Shown: in pieces, positions 1 to 12,909 of the stretch
Layout of the letters: every line of letters starts with the position of its first letter
How positions within the stretch are numbered: position 1 is the first letter of the stretch
Assembly: GCA_051362555.1 (NCBI GenBank)
Contig: CM120644.1
Coordinates: 4,038,954-4,102,953 of the forward strand
Reading direction: 5' to 3'
DNA: 64,000 nucleotides
From: Lingula anatina
Taxonomy: Eukaryota > Animalia > Brachiopoda
Notes under the pieces: generated by a model
Database searches by the model: none
Seen by the model: the letters and a program-made list of their open reading frames with translations, nothing else
Told to the model about the DNA's origin: nothing
Program-made: the position numbers and the translations under genes

Positions 1-586
1 AATTATTTCATTAAGTGCTCTTAAGATAAACTTACATTTAAGGAATTTAACCGTCTTTAATACGGTCTATGTTTGTAGATAAAGGACAAGATTTTAAGGT
101 TCAAAATGACTGTGGCGCATTTTCAAACGCATGAAGGATACCTTTAATTTTTTCCCTTTTATTTCACAAGATGGTCTGTTAGGACGATCTCCTGATGGTA
201 ACGGAGTCACTTAGGTAAAATTGCACGTTGTCCTCTCTAACACAATCCCACGCTAACGATTATCTTTGCTTATTTAATTTATTCGATGTAAAGTATAGTG
301 GATAAAAAATGTCATTTTTATACCAGTATGAATTTCGCAAACCCAAATCAGGATGGGGATTCACTGTGCCGTATCAAATAACAAAACATCATTTTAAATT
401 AAGATTTCCCTACTAAAAGTTGCTGAACCGTGTTGTACTGTACAAATCAATCGAAAAATTTAGTGAGCGGTGTTCATATGTGACAAAATCAATATTAAAC
501 TGAAAGAAGCCTCATGTCATACTGCAATAATTTTTGCAAAACCGACAAATTTTGGCACTAAAAACGGCATAAAATAGTCAGTAGAT

Positions 587-852
587 CAGTGACGGATTTA
601 TAGGGGGGTCAGGGGGGTCCTGACCCCCCCCCTTCGATTTCGGAAAATCCAATATGGTCTCCTCATGAAATAAGAATTTAGACTAGGTGAATCATAGTTC
701 TAAACCAGCAAATGACACCGTTCGCCCACTAAAATACCAAAATTTTTCGAGGCCTTTCAGCAGGCGGGAATGGGGGTGGGGGTGGGGTGGGGTGTCTGCT
801 TTGCATCGGCGCCCCCCCCCCCCCCCTTCAAATAATCCTGGATCCGCCCCTG
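587..852. mobile_element. hAT-like MITE
   Basis: Imperfect TIRs cagtgacggattta / tggatccgcccctg, internal G/C-run palindrome, flanked by near-duplicated gtagat / gtaaat. Superfamily inferred from the CAGGGGCGGATC-type terminus. Confidence 0.55.
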
Positions 853-3732
853 GTAAATACTGTACAGATTATGTTAACTAGACAAACAATTTTGTTATTC
901 AGTCACCTTAAATAGAACAGCCTAGCCACAATAAAGAAATAAAGAAAACATGGACCAGCCCAAACCATTATTACCCCTCCTCCCCACTCCTGGTAAGAGT
1001 CTGCATAAATAATGTAACTGAGTTTAAGCACTTTTATCGAAATATTAATGAATACTTGACTCAGCCTCGATTACATGTATACGGTATACATGTACCATGC
1101 AGTTACTGACTCGAAATTAGACAATACGTCGCCAAGGTGATTTAACTACGCCCGAGGTCAGTGACACGCACGCGGGGTAGACAACCGTGTTTTATCATTG
1201 GAGACACCCCAAAGTCTCGCATCTTGCCCTAAAATTTAGCGAGAATTCGCGGAATTTTAAGGTAGCGAGTGCGACGTATTTTCCCCTTTGACCAAGTGCC
1301 TGTTCTATTATTTCTCAATGAGACAAATAAACAACCAGATGGCTTTCGTGGCATAGACCAGAAGATCATGATACAAGAAGGTTAAAGTTTCAGTTGCACA
1401 GTATCTACGTTCATTTCAGATCAACTGTGCAGATATCAAGAGGGTAAATGCACCTTACGATAAAAACAGCCCCTTCTTACTGCGGCAAATATTGAACGAG
1501 ATATAAGGACAAACCAAGTTCGCTTTTTACCACCAAATGGAGATCGTTCTTAACCTTCAGTTTCAAAGGCTTCCTTGACACTTTTACTGGAAACCGAGGC
1601 ATATTAGTTAAATAGAAAGATACATGTACGTGTAGGTATACATATACCACTAGAGGCCAGGGCGCCAACGTACAAGAGTTCCTTATCTCTAAGACAAATA
1701 GTGAGTGAATGTTTCAACATCACGCATTTTTATATCCCTCCGTGGAGCCATTAAATCACGTGACAGGCCAAACATCAAAGAAAGTCAACTATTTATAAAA
1801 TATTGATACAAAAATACAGAAAATGTAAAGGCAAATGTCATAGTGAAATATATCATTTAATACTTGATTGACGTCTTTCCTTGCTGCTTTGTACAAGTAC
1901 TTTATTACCAATAACGTTTTGGAGGCACCTAAAGGTGCATTAAGACCATTAACTTTATGTCCATGGGCTATCTTCAAACATATCACCACTGTTTTTTTTT
2001 TCAGAGTATTTCATACAAAGAACGAGTTCACAACAAACGTAATTCTGCGCTTAAGGGTCTCACGACGAAAGGCTTTCCAAAGTACAATGTCCATCGGCTA
2101 TTTCAAAACAATGACAATGTTATTCCATATAACGGACGCTCTCGTAAAACACGCATTTCTGTGCCTGAGGGTTTCACGACGAAAGGCCACATCGCTTTCT
2201 AGAGTCCATTAGATTTTTTTCTCGAAAAGCATCAAAGTGGACCATTGCATGTGAGTAATGGCAACACAGGCCTGATCGAGGGGTGTTCAGCTTCAAGGTA
2301 CCATTACCACTGACACCTTGTAAAATACTCCAAGTGTTTGGACCATGTTAAGTGGCATTAACGCTGATGTTCACCTGTGCCCCACAGAAGGGGACACGCT
2401 ATTAATCCCACCTCGGGGCAAGGGTAGACCAAGAGGAAACCTTTTCTTAAAGATGTCAGAAGATGAAAATCGCTACACATCCTGCTTTTACGCTTTTTTC
2501 GTTGGTTCATCCAGGCGGCGTTTCTAACCTTTGCATATTTAAGTAGGCAAAGTTAAAAGTTGCCCGTCAGTTGTTAATATCCCTTAAGAGTGGCAGCAAT
2601 CACAGAGGAAGACAAAATATTTTCTGACGGAAAAGGGCATCCATACTGAGGAATATTAAGGCAAAGTATGTATGCATATATGTCAAAGACAGGACTATTC
2701 TAACGCTGAACATATCCAATCAAATTAATGAGCATTTGATCAAAACATTTTAAAGAAGGGTTCATTTCGAGCTTAAATTAACATCTTCATGGGGTTTTTA
2801 TGTTTCGATGACATGCACTCCGTAACTGGCGAGTCAGTGTGTTCTGACTGTGTTTTAATATAGTATATTAGAAAAAAATAGTTTGGGAAATTTCAAAACA
2901 TTGAATCCAAGTTCAGGGCCATATCGAGCCATGATTCGTAAGCAGGACATAATTTTTTTTTTTTGAGTAAATGGATAAGATGCGTTAAAATTACTCCGGG
3001 GTAAAGTTTGTTTGTTCTTGATCAATTATATAGACATTGCAAAATTGGCATCAATCACATGTTTGAAAATCTGAAACTTTGACACATCAAAGCGAACAAT
3101 GTGGTCTGTTTGAATTAGTTCTTCAAACTCGTGCACATAAGTAACCGTTTTGAAGATTTAAATACGTAGTCAGTTCATTTACAGACACCCCCTATTTTAC
3201 AAAATTTCATTATTCTTTATTGTGAATTTACAATTGACTTATTAATTACCTTTACAGATTTGTTTTTTATTTGAATTTTTTCTTTTTTTTATGTGCAATA
3301 ATTTTTTTTATCATCTTTGGATATTACTACTGTGGTTTAATTGTTTAGGTATTTGATGATCCCAGTGTACTAATTACTGTTTTGGTGCAGCAATAAGAAA
3401 ATGTGGCAAATAGGATTTTATCTAAAACTATTGCAACCAGCATTTAGTGAGGGAAGGAAACTGAATGACCCGTATAGTAGCAACATCTATCACTAGGGAG
3501 ATTTTAAAAAAAAAAAACTAAATCAAACAAACAAACAAAAAAAAAAAACATTCTTCTGGTCGAAAAAGTTACTCTTTAGAGACTTGTAGAAATGGCGATA
3601 AAAACAGATGAACCCTTAAGGTTAAATTGCAATCCGAGTCGAAATAGCTCATCAAAAAGCCATAAAATTATCAAACCACCGAAATAAAGTTCCCGTTTTA
3701 AGCTCATCTCTGTATCATCTCTTTCAGAAGAC

Positions 3733-6700
3733 ATGGGGCGTTCTTGTCGTCGCCAGCGGTTGTTGCTGTATATTTCACTGTTATTCGGTGTTATATACAA
3801 CCACGCAGATACGTCAGGAGGGTTGAGTAACTTGAGCGTAACGGCGGTGGTGCTAAATGGTGACAGAACAGGACATGTGAACGAGGTGACAAGGCCGCCG
3901 GTTGACCTAACCTCCTGGAAACCTTCTCGCTCCGATATCACGGTGTTCGGCTTGATCCCGGCGCCCACGCGCAAGAGAACTAGTGATACAAACACGCCAG
4001 CAGAAAAACACTCCCCCGAAAATTTGCAAAGTGGAAGACTGACGACAACGTCTTATGCCGTCAAAACGACGGGAGAAGCCTGGGATTCTGGAACCAATGC
4101 AACGTCAGCGGAAAAGATACAGGTGAATACTTCAGTGGGAACGACAACTGTCAGCTTTGACTTTGGAAGCAAAACGGAGAACACAGGCGAAGGAGTCAAC
4201 ACGCCATCAGGCAACGACACCAAAACCATGCCATTGAGCCTCCAAGACAGTGGCAAGGCAATAAGAGACTGCATCCAGAAAAATTCCATCGAGGGCATTG
4301 ACTCCAGCTACAGGTATAAATTACATCACTGCGTGTTAGAAATATGTAATAAGGGGTATGGCAAATCGGGATGTGGGTCCTTCAAGTATTTTACTTCGCT
4401 GTGTGGACGCATTAAGACCCCACAGATTAGACTTATGGCTGACGTCCCTTATTATCTAGAAAACCAAGACTGCACCTGGCATATTAATGTTCCCACGGGA
4501 TATATTGTCAATTTAACATTTGAATATTTCAACCTAGAGTTCGTTGATGGTTGCCTGTATGATCGGGTAGAGATTTATGACGGGATGGACACAACCGGCG
4601 CGCTTCTCGGTAGATTTTGTGGCAGTGCCTTTTCTTGGAGCTCCTATTCCTCGGGATCTTCTTTGACCGTTATGTTTAAATCTGACAAGTATAGAAGTGG
4701 TCCGTTAGGCTTTACAGCATTTTATGAGGCCCTGCCTGCCCAGACGTGGAAACAACACAAAACTAAACCAAACACAATATACCTCCGAGATAAAGCAACT
4801 CTAGAAGTCAATAACTCGACAATTACGGATGAATCTCAGACGCATTATATTCACAAGTTTTACGTGAGGACAGATGTAGGGAAAACGCTTGATATGCTGT
4901 GGCATATACATTCAAATGGAGATGCAAATGGTGTGCCATACGTTGTAAGAGTTCACGACGGTCCTTCAGCAGAGGCCAGTGTGTTAGTACACGTAAACCT
5001 TACGTCCGGTGAAAAGTTTGGGAACGTCACTTCAGGGACATTCCAATTTTACATAGCAGTAAGCCACGAGAAATCCAGCCAACAGACTACATTCAAAGCA
5101 AATTTTACTGGGACGTGGGCTGTTCCTTGTGTCAACCTGGAAACTGACTCAGTCCCATGTATACGGCTAAACACAAGCTGGACGGATGCTCTCGATAAAG
5201 AAATATATATGGAAATTCATACAGCTCTTACCACCTACAACATAACACAATACAACTGTAGGCCGGGTTGGTACGGACACGCTCATCATAATTATGGGCT
5301 CATGCTGCGGATAGATTTTAAAGAAGGTTACGGTTCGGAAAACGTACCAGTATTCAAAAATCCCAGGTCAAACATGTGTCCGTATGCTGGTTTGATGGTG
5401 TTTGTGGATGGCTGGGGTGACGCTGCCAAAGCCACCATTGGACCACTTTGTCATGGTGAACCATTCCAGTTTGGTGAGCTGGTTTTCCATACCCTTTATA
5501 TTGTAGTATACGTCGCTGGAGGAGCATACAATTTCCAGGGAGCTGGCTCGGTTGTTCAAGAAGGGTCCATAGAATTGGAACACATGATTCGTAAGACTGC
5601 TTTCTCAATGTTTCATCCTAATATACTGCAAGATCTCAGTAGGCTGGGTATTGAGACCTCACTGTCAATAACCAACCAAACAAATGCTGACATTGCCCAT
5701 GTTAAAAGTGTGCCTCAGCTGTCCTACTTCGACTCTGCTCCCAGTGTCCTAAACAACGCAAAGGTGGAATATCACCTGCCGGCAGATTTGAAGTATCGAA
5801 CATCAATGTTCAGATTCTATTATCACCTGGCCATTCAACCTATGTCACCAACATTTATCAACGAGCTGGACATCACTATTTCTACTGATGACAAGGTGAG
5901 TTGTCCCTATGCTGCTCGAGTGACATGCAGCTGGAGTGGTGCCAAAACTAGACTCAGACTGTACGAATTACGTCCACACTACACAAGCGAAATCTTGCAT
6001 CTGCCAGATGTGTTTTATCATTACTACTACAGGAAACATGAGACTTATATGTACCCATCACAAGATGGAAATACACGAATATATCGCATTCTGGTTAAGT
6101 TGACACATTATAACCCGTTAGATCGTTTTAGCGTCCAAATATTTATCTACCTCAATGACCCTTGTGGTCCTGGGGATTTAACTTTTTATGAAGCAGGTTT
6201 GTACTATGAGGTCACCTTCGGGACTCTTTTCAAAAACATCCCCCAAAATGGAAAGTACAGATCATACGTGTTTTCAATAGAAGATGGACCAAGTCCGTTG
6301 TGTAGCCTTGATGTAGAGCGTGTGAACTTTTGGATCAAGGAATACTTTCCATGTGAGGATGGGCCCGGTGAATGTTTAATCAACTTTGTGGAGGGGAAAA
6401 TTAAGTCCCCCTTTGTGTGGACAAGTACTTCAAATTATCGAGTTGTTTACAAAATCAACAATCAAAGTCCGATGTCTGGAGAAGACTGCAAGAAGTTTGA
6501 GGTTCAGTTCCACTTGGATCGTGAAGACAGATTTGCAGTAACTATGGCAGACACTACCAACTGTAGCGTGGCTGAGTTTGGAGGGATTGAGTTCCAAGGT
6601 AAATGTTATAACCTCGTGTATTCTGACCAGCCAATGTCTTGGATGCAGGCGAATACTCTGTGCTCCAGGACTGGAGGGACTTTGGCCATTTTCCAGACTA

Positions 6701-9700
6701 TTAAGGAGATAGATGCCATTAAGAACATCCTCATCAGGACTTGGTTTGAGGACACGGTTGTCAAAGGACATTCGCTGGTATTTATTGGACTAGAGATTAG
6801 AGATGTAAGCTAAATTCTGTTACTTATACCCTTTACCCAATGTCTGTTTTTATCTAGTTTTACTCTTGATAAGAAATTGTATTAAGGGATAGTGCTAATT
6901 TTAATTAAGCCCCACCAAACAGATCAGAATACCGGTTGCTGCAACAATTTTTTTTATTTGATGAATAACTTTTATTGTTTCTTATCATATGAGCTTTCTG
7001 AATGTTTTGTAGTGGGATACTGCGACTTGAAAATTCTTTCGGGTCCATTGCATCATATATTGATATATATCCACATATTCCAGGGTAGCAATGTTACTTG
7101 GTCTGATGGTTCACATGGTATAACCGAATGGTATGACCCCATCACTTCCAAGCACCTGCTTGATGGGAAACTAGCATTATTAAACCTCGATCCATTTCTC
7201 CGCAGTGTTTTCAACACAAAAGCTAAACAGCCAGTTCAGCGGAAAGGTAGACACTGTACCATGATGGTCCTAACAACTCCCCGTGTGTCTTCAAACTGGG
7301 TGCAAATCCCTTGTTATCTTCCTATTCCAAAGGCAGGTGCACTTTGTATGTTGTCGCTACTAAGACAAAGAAACAACAATGAAACAGACAGTTTTGCACC
7401 GCACGAAGCAGTTGGCGTCATTCTGGACACAACAAAATCAATGAAAACTGCCACTGTGGCTCCTAAGACATGCCCGAAGAAGTGGTGGAGAATTGGAAAC
7501 ACTTGCTACAAAATAGAAGACATATCCCTGACGAAAGCAAGTGCAAACATATTCTGGTGGAACAGAGGCGGTGCACTGCACGTTTTAGAAGGGTTGGTAA
7601 AAACATATTGTGAAAGATTTGGCTGGAGATTAGCCGTTTACAATGAAAATTTGAAAGATGATATTTTGAAATACATCAAAATCCACAGGCAGCCAGGAGA
7701 TATGAAGACATTAATCATGGCTGCGGACTTTGAATACGTGGATTCTGCAACTTGCAACTATGGTTCTGTAGCAGTGCATTATCCCACAGTCGTGAAGACC
7801 GAGGAAAACCCTTTAGGACACAGGTATGAAACAGTCAGTCACTAATTCCTCATTTTCCTCAATAACCTTGTTCTCATTATCCCTTTTTTCAAATGACTTT
7901 TTCTCAACATCCCTATCTCTTTAAGTGCTCTTTTTCATCACCCTCATTTATGAATGTCTGTTATTTATTTATTTATTTTACACCATAAGAAATATGCCTT
8001 CAATGTAATGCCAGTTTTATACACGGTCTGAAACGTATTTACAATTTTAGAAATATGCCTTTGATGTGATGCCAGTTTAATGCATAGTTTGACATGCATT
8101 TACAATTTTAGGTCACCAAGACAGTGGGAGATAATTAATTGCACCTTACCGGCATATGTACACCTTTGGAATATCTTTGACAGCTTGAAGTATGCTCTCT
8201 GTGAATCTGACCTTCAAATCGTTAATATGTCATGTAACAATTCAAACATTTACCACGAATGTGCAGACGGGTCTTGCATTCTGAGACACCACCAATGCGA
8301 CGGTGTCCAAGACTGTCTTGGTGGAGATGATGAGTTAAACTGCCACCTGTTGGGAGTAACGAAGACTAATTCCAACAGCCATGGTATGTGTGGACCTCAT
8401 GGTTTTGCATGTGACAAGGGGCTATGTATTCCTGTATCAAAATTTTGTGACTTCTACCCAGATTGCCCTGATGGGTCTGACGAGACACACTGCTTTCATC
8501 CCAAGTGTGATGTCAATCAGTTCCGCTGCCTCCATGGTAAATGTATCCCATTACAACATCGTTGTGACCGAATTCAGAATTGTTTTGATGGCTCAGATGA
8601 AGTTGGCTGTGGCATCACAGACTGTAGTAAATATCATAACAACAGCTTCGTTTGCTACTCTGGCAACTGTGTTTCTGACAAATATGTCCAGAATGGCGTC
8701 AGTGACTGTCCTGGTGTATTAGGCGAAGATGAATCGTGGAACAATACAGTCAAGTGTCCTTATGGTACAGTCCCTTGTGTCAATGGAACCCATGGTTGCT
8801 TCCCACCAGAAAAAGCATGTGTTCAGGAAATACTTGAGGACGGCAGCCTTGCCTATTGTACAGGTGGTCAACACCTGCAATGGTGCCAAGATTTTGACTG
8901 CCCAGGCCAAGACATGTACAAGTGCCCATCGTCGTACTGTATTAATCTACACAGTATTTGTGATGGCATTAAAAACTGTCCAGGCGGGGAGGATGAAGAT
9001 AATTGCATGACACATGCATACTCATGTCCTGGATCATTTCGTGGGAAAAAATACCAGAATTGTTTGCATTTATCAGAACTTTGTGATGGCACTGTGAACT
9101 ACTTCATCACTGAGGATGATGAAAAGTTTTGTGCTTACCCCGCTTGTCCTTCTTCGTGCACATGTTTGGGGGAGTCATTTGATTGCAGTCATCAGCATTT
9201 GTCAAAGATACCACACTATTCACTCCAACTGAGGAGTTTATCTTTTTCAGGAAATCCTTTTCATCTCACTGGTGAAACGTTTTCTCGGTTTCTGTACTTG
9301 GTGAGATTGGATATCTCTGCCTGTGAACTTTCTGACCTCCCTTACGAAGTGTTTAAAGGTCTTTTTAATGTACGAGAGCTTAATCTATCAAGTAACTTTT
9401 TAAGCATCATTGAAGGATACACATTTCAGGATATGTCCTACCTGGAAAATTTAGATTTAACTAATAACCCTCTTACCATGCTGTTGGATTATGGGTTCTT
9501 TGGCATGCAGCGTCTGGGAATGTTAAATTTGTCTGGCATGAAGATCCATTTTGTAGGCAAAAATGCTTTTGTGGGTCTTAAGAGTTTAATCACCTTAGAT
9601 CTAAGCCACAATCAAATCGATACTCTTCACAGTGGAACATTTAAATTAACTGAGAATCTTATGCTCCTGAAACTTGTAGATAACCCTTTGACTGATGTTG

Positions 9701-10755
9701 ACCCAAAAGTTATCTCAGATTTGAATCCTGAAGTTCAACTTCAAAGTAATTCTGATAGCTTATGTTGTTTAGCGTCCCATTTGTATCAGTGTTCTTCAGT
9801 AGATGGTAGTAGAAGTACCATGTGCTCCATCAACATACCCGACGTGTACTGGGAAGCTTTACTGTGGACGACTGCTATACTGATAGTTCTTGGTAATCTT
9901 GCTGTAATTGGCTGGATTTGGTTTCATAAATCTGGTATGGCTGTGCAGCATGTTGCACTCACTATTGCTGTGACAGTTTGTCAAATCCTTTGTGGTGTGT
10001 ATTTGATGTCAGTTATCGGGATGAGCTCGTATTTTGGTAGTAAGTTTTATATGCAAGCTAATGAAATGTCAAGTCCCTGGCTTTGTAAGAGTATGGCCTG
10101 TGTGTTGAATATCGCAACTGGCAGTACTTTGCACTTGATGGTGGTAATGATTTCAGAGGACATCCGACTTGTGTTGTTTCCTGATGTTGTCTTTCCAAAA
10201 ACTCGATACCTCCTGTGGTCAGGTTTTGTTCTTGTATTTTATTTCTTCATGAGCATTGCCTCAGTTGTTGGTGACTTTCACACTTCAGTCTTTTGTCAGG
10301 TGTTTGTTTATACCAAAGGAACTAGTGATGCTCTTGACTGGTTAACGATTGTTGTCAACTTTTGCCCCATCATATTTTTACTAATATTAGTGCTCGTATT
10401 GTGTTTCTCCTGGAAGCGGATAAGCAATTGGGGTCTGGAACCAGGAATCTTCAGTCGTTGGATGCGTGTAACTATCATCCTTACAGTTACCAGTTTTGTG
10501 AACTGGTTTTCAAATCTGACCGTTAAGCGCTCTGAGAGTGATCTCGAATCTGTCAATGGCCACGAATTCCTTTTCCTTCTTTCATCCGCTGTTCTAGCTC
10601 TTAACCCGTTCATTTATATTTACGGTAGACCCTGGGTTTTGGAAGTCTTACTCAAAGATGAAAGTGAAACTGATGCAACACCCAAAATGGCAGATTTTTC
10701 ATCCTGGTTTTCGTGGAAAAAAGAGCTGGGAAACAAAAGCCCAGAGAAAGAATAA
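3733..10755 (+). CDS. GRL101-like / LGR-family G-protein-coupled receptor with CUB, C-type lectin, LDLa and LRR ectodomain (~2151 aa); exons 3733-6804, 7084-7823, 8112-10755
   Basis: Three long ORFs joined by frame-consistent introns: GAT|gtaagc...ttccag|GGT (phase 0) and CACAG|gtatga...ttttag|G (phase 2). N-terminal hydrophobic signal (LLLYISLLFGVIY). CUB ~4402-4730 (CTWHINVP..VNLTFEYFNLE..CLYDRVEIYDG..GRFCG..LTVMFKSD..GFTAFY). CTL ~6562-7348 (KCY..MSWMQANTLC..GGTLA..VFIGL..WSDG..C..W..C) and ~7471-8202. ~7 LDLa (e.g. CDFYPDCPDGSDETHC). LRRNT CPSSCTC, ~7 LRRs (e.g. LDLSHNQI). 7 hydrophobic segments with TM1 GN and TM7 NPFIY. Confidence 0.9.
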
Positions 10756-12678
10756 TTTTATTGGATATCTTTTTCCGTGAATATAAACCAGAAAAATATC
10801 TCAACATTGTGGTTATAAAATATTTTATAGACTTCTACCCTTTTTTAAAACAGAAAAAGAAAGTTAATGCTTAAGATTTACAGTTTCTTGATTACACTGA
10901 AGTATAACAGATGTATCCCTCATTGAAACAGACCAATACTTTAGTCCTTAAATTGAAGGTCCCTTTTCAGTCCTAAGGTTTTTTAATGAAACCGACCCCA
11001 GGTGTATGCCCCCCTGCTTTATCCCCTGCCGGGCAGACCCTAAAATTTTTATACAGAATCTAATTCTCCACGACACCATTGGGCCTAGTTTGGTCACCTT
11101 TGTACAGATGGACCTCTTTAACTGAGAGATTGTTTGTTGACTGTGAAATGGGTTTCAGTGTGAATTGGACATAAGGATCATGCCCTAGACCTACCACAAC
11201 AAAAACAGGTCACTAACTCTCCATTAGGAATCACATTGAACCCAGTTTCTGTCCCTGCTGTTGGTAGGGATATGTAGCTTTGAAGGAATACCAATAATAA
11301 ATACAGGAACCTCGATATTGGGACATTTGGTTTCACGGTGTTGCAACATTATACATAAGTCCTAGCTATAAACATGACATTGTGATATTTTACTATATTT
11401 AAATGGCATTCAAATTCTAGAATACCCTCACTCTACATTATATAGCTCGTTATATATAACAGGTTATCCCATGTTTGTTTATGCAGTATATAGACCTGCA
11501 TTTTATCATTTAATGAACAAAAAACCTACATGTACATGTACTACCTGAGTGTTTGATTTTTTTCTTTGTTAATGTTTGGTTGGTGCCAAAACGAGGCATT
11601 CATATAACACGGGTCCATATCTTTGGTTGACACAGACACATTCAAATTGCAGGATTTTTGTTCAATGAATGACACATATATTTATATACATTTATTCTGT
11701 CAATGGAGATTATTATGTTTAAAAGGATTCTCAGAAATGTAAAGCATTTAAACTGGTCTAGTTGTAAAAACCTAGACGTCTCTTCAAGGAGCACAATAAT
11801 TGGTTTGAATTGCACTCACAGACTTCCGTAAATACATAAATACCGTAAACAAACTGGAACTCAAACGTACAGGATATGAAAAGACGACATTGCTCTTCTA
11901 GGAAAAGCTGTCTTAAAATACCCGTGCACTTTCTGTCAACAATTCACATACAGTACTCATAGGTTATCTGATTCTAAAAAGTCATGTACCCTGATACAGA
12001 ATTCATTCGTTGTTAAAACAATTGCAAAATGTATCTTTGTCATATGTTTACATTTCAATTCAGCATGTTTTTAAAAGCAGATAAATGTATACTGTCAAAA
12101 CTACCTGATTTGGGGGCACGCATGTGATGATGCAATTATTATATCTCTTTTAAACGGAAATTTACACGATCTCTACACTTTTGGCATGCAGATTGCATCT
12201 CACTAATTAATTACCCTCTACCAGGGCAACAATTTGTTTTTTTTAAATAAGATATTTACACTATGTCTTTGACTAAATGTGATCCATCTTTTAACTGTGA
12301 GAACCAAATGAGGGTATTTTTATAAACCTGTCTGTGAATATCTTGTGAAATATCAATATGTGGCCTTGATAGAGAGTACTAATTAATAGCACTTAGCTCT
12401 TTATCTGCCACTTTACTAGATCTACTGTACATCTCAATGTGAAATAAATCTTAGACTTTAAATTGAACGGGTGTTTACATTTCAGAGTTTTAACTTTTAA
12501 AAAATTTAAAGATTTACATTTAAATTTAGAATAAAAAACATTTAAAATTGTATACGGAAAGTGTTGGCTGATTTCATATTCTAGGGCTGAGATAGCTTAC
12601 ATTGCTAAACCATAGAATAACTGGCCATGTTAAGTCCACTTTGTAATATTGATTTAAGGAAGCATTCAGAGAAACCCA

Positions 12679-12909
12679 TCATACTAGCTGGATCATTCCA
12701 ACTCTGTGAGAGATTCTCTCTAAGTGCAATCACTGTAATCAGCTTAAATGTCTGACACGCCTCCTAGAGCTACTTGTAGATAATAAAACAGAGTGCACAC
12801 AAAAGTTATTACCAGCTACTCATAAAGGGATGTTAGACATTGAAGCTGATTACACTGAATGCAATTTAGCACAAAACCCCACAGAGTTGGATCGATCCGC
12901 TGGTATGAC
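12679..12909. repeat. Imperfect long inverted repeat (fold-back / old MITE)
   Basis: The left arm tcatactagctggatcattccaactctgtg...tgtaatcagcttaaatgtctgaca matches the reverse complement of tgttagacattgaagctgattaca...cacagagttggatcgatccgctggtatga; arms ~80 bp. Confidence 0.6.

Noticed and set aside
2345-2527. 60-aa ORF with AT-hook-like GRPRG
   Set aside because: Short, with no further recognisable homology or splice context.
3733-6813. The 1026-aa ORF as a standalone secreted protein
   Set aside because: It stops mid-CTL domain immediately after a GTAAGC donor, and the domain continues in frame at 7084.
3576-10613. Antisense and alternate-frame ORFs overlapping the receptor gene
   Set aside because: Shadow ORFs of a long coding sequence with no independent features.
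10960-11003. Harbinger-like terminus (ttttaatgaaaccgaccccagg); similar stub near 55570-55591
   Set aside because: No matching opposite TIR could be identified, so it is too weak to call.
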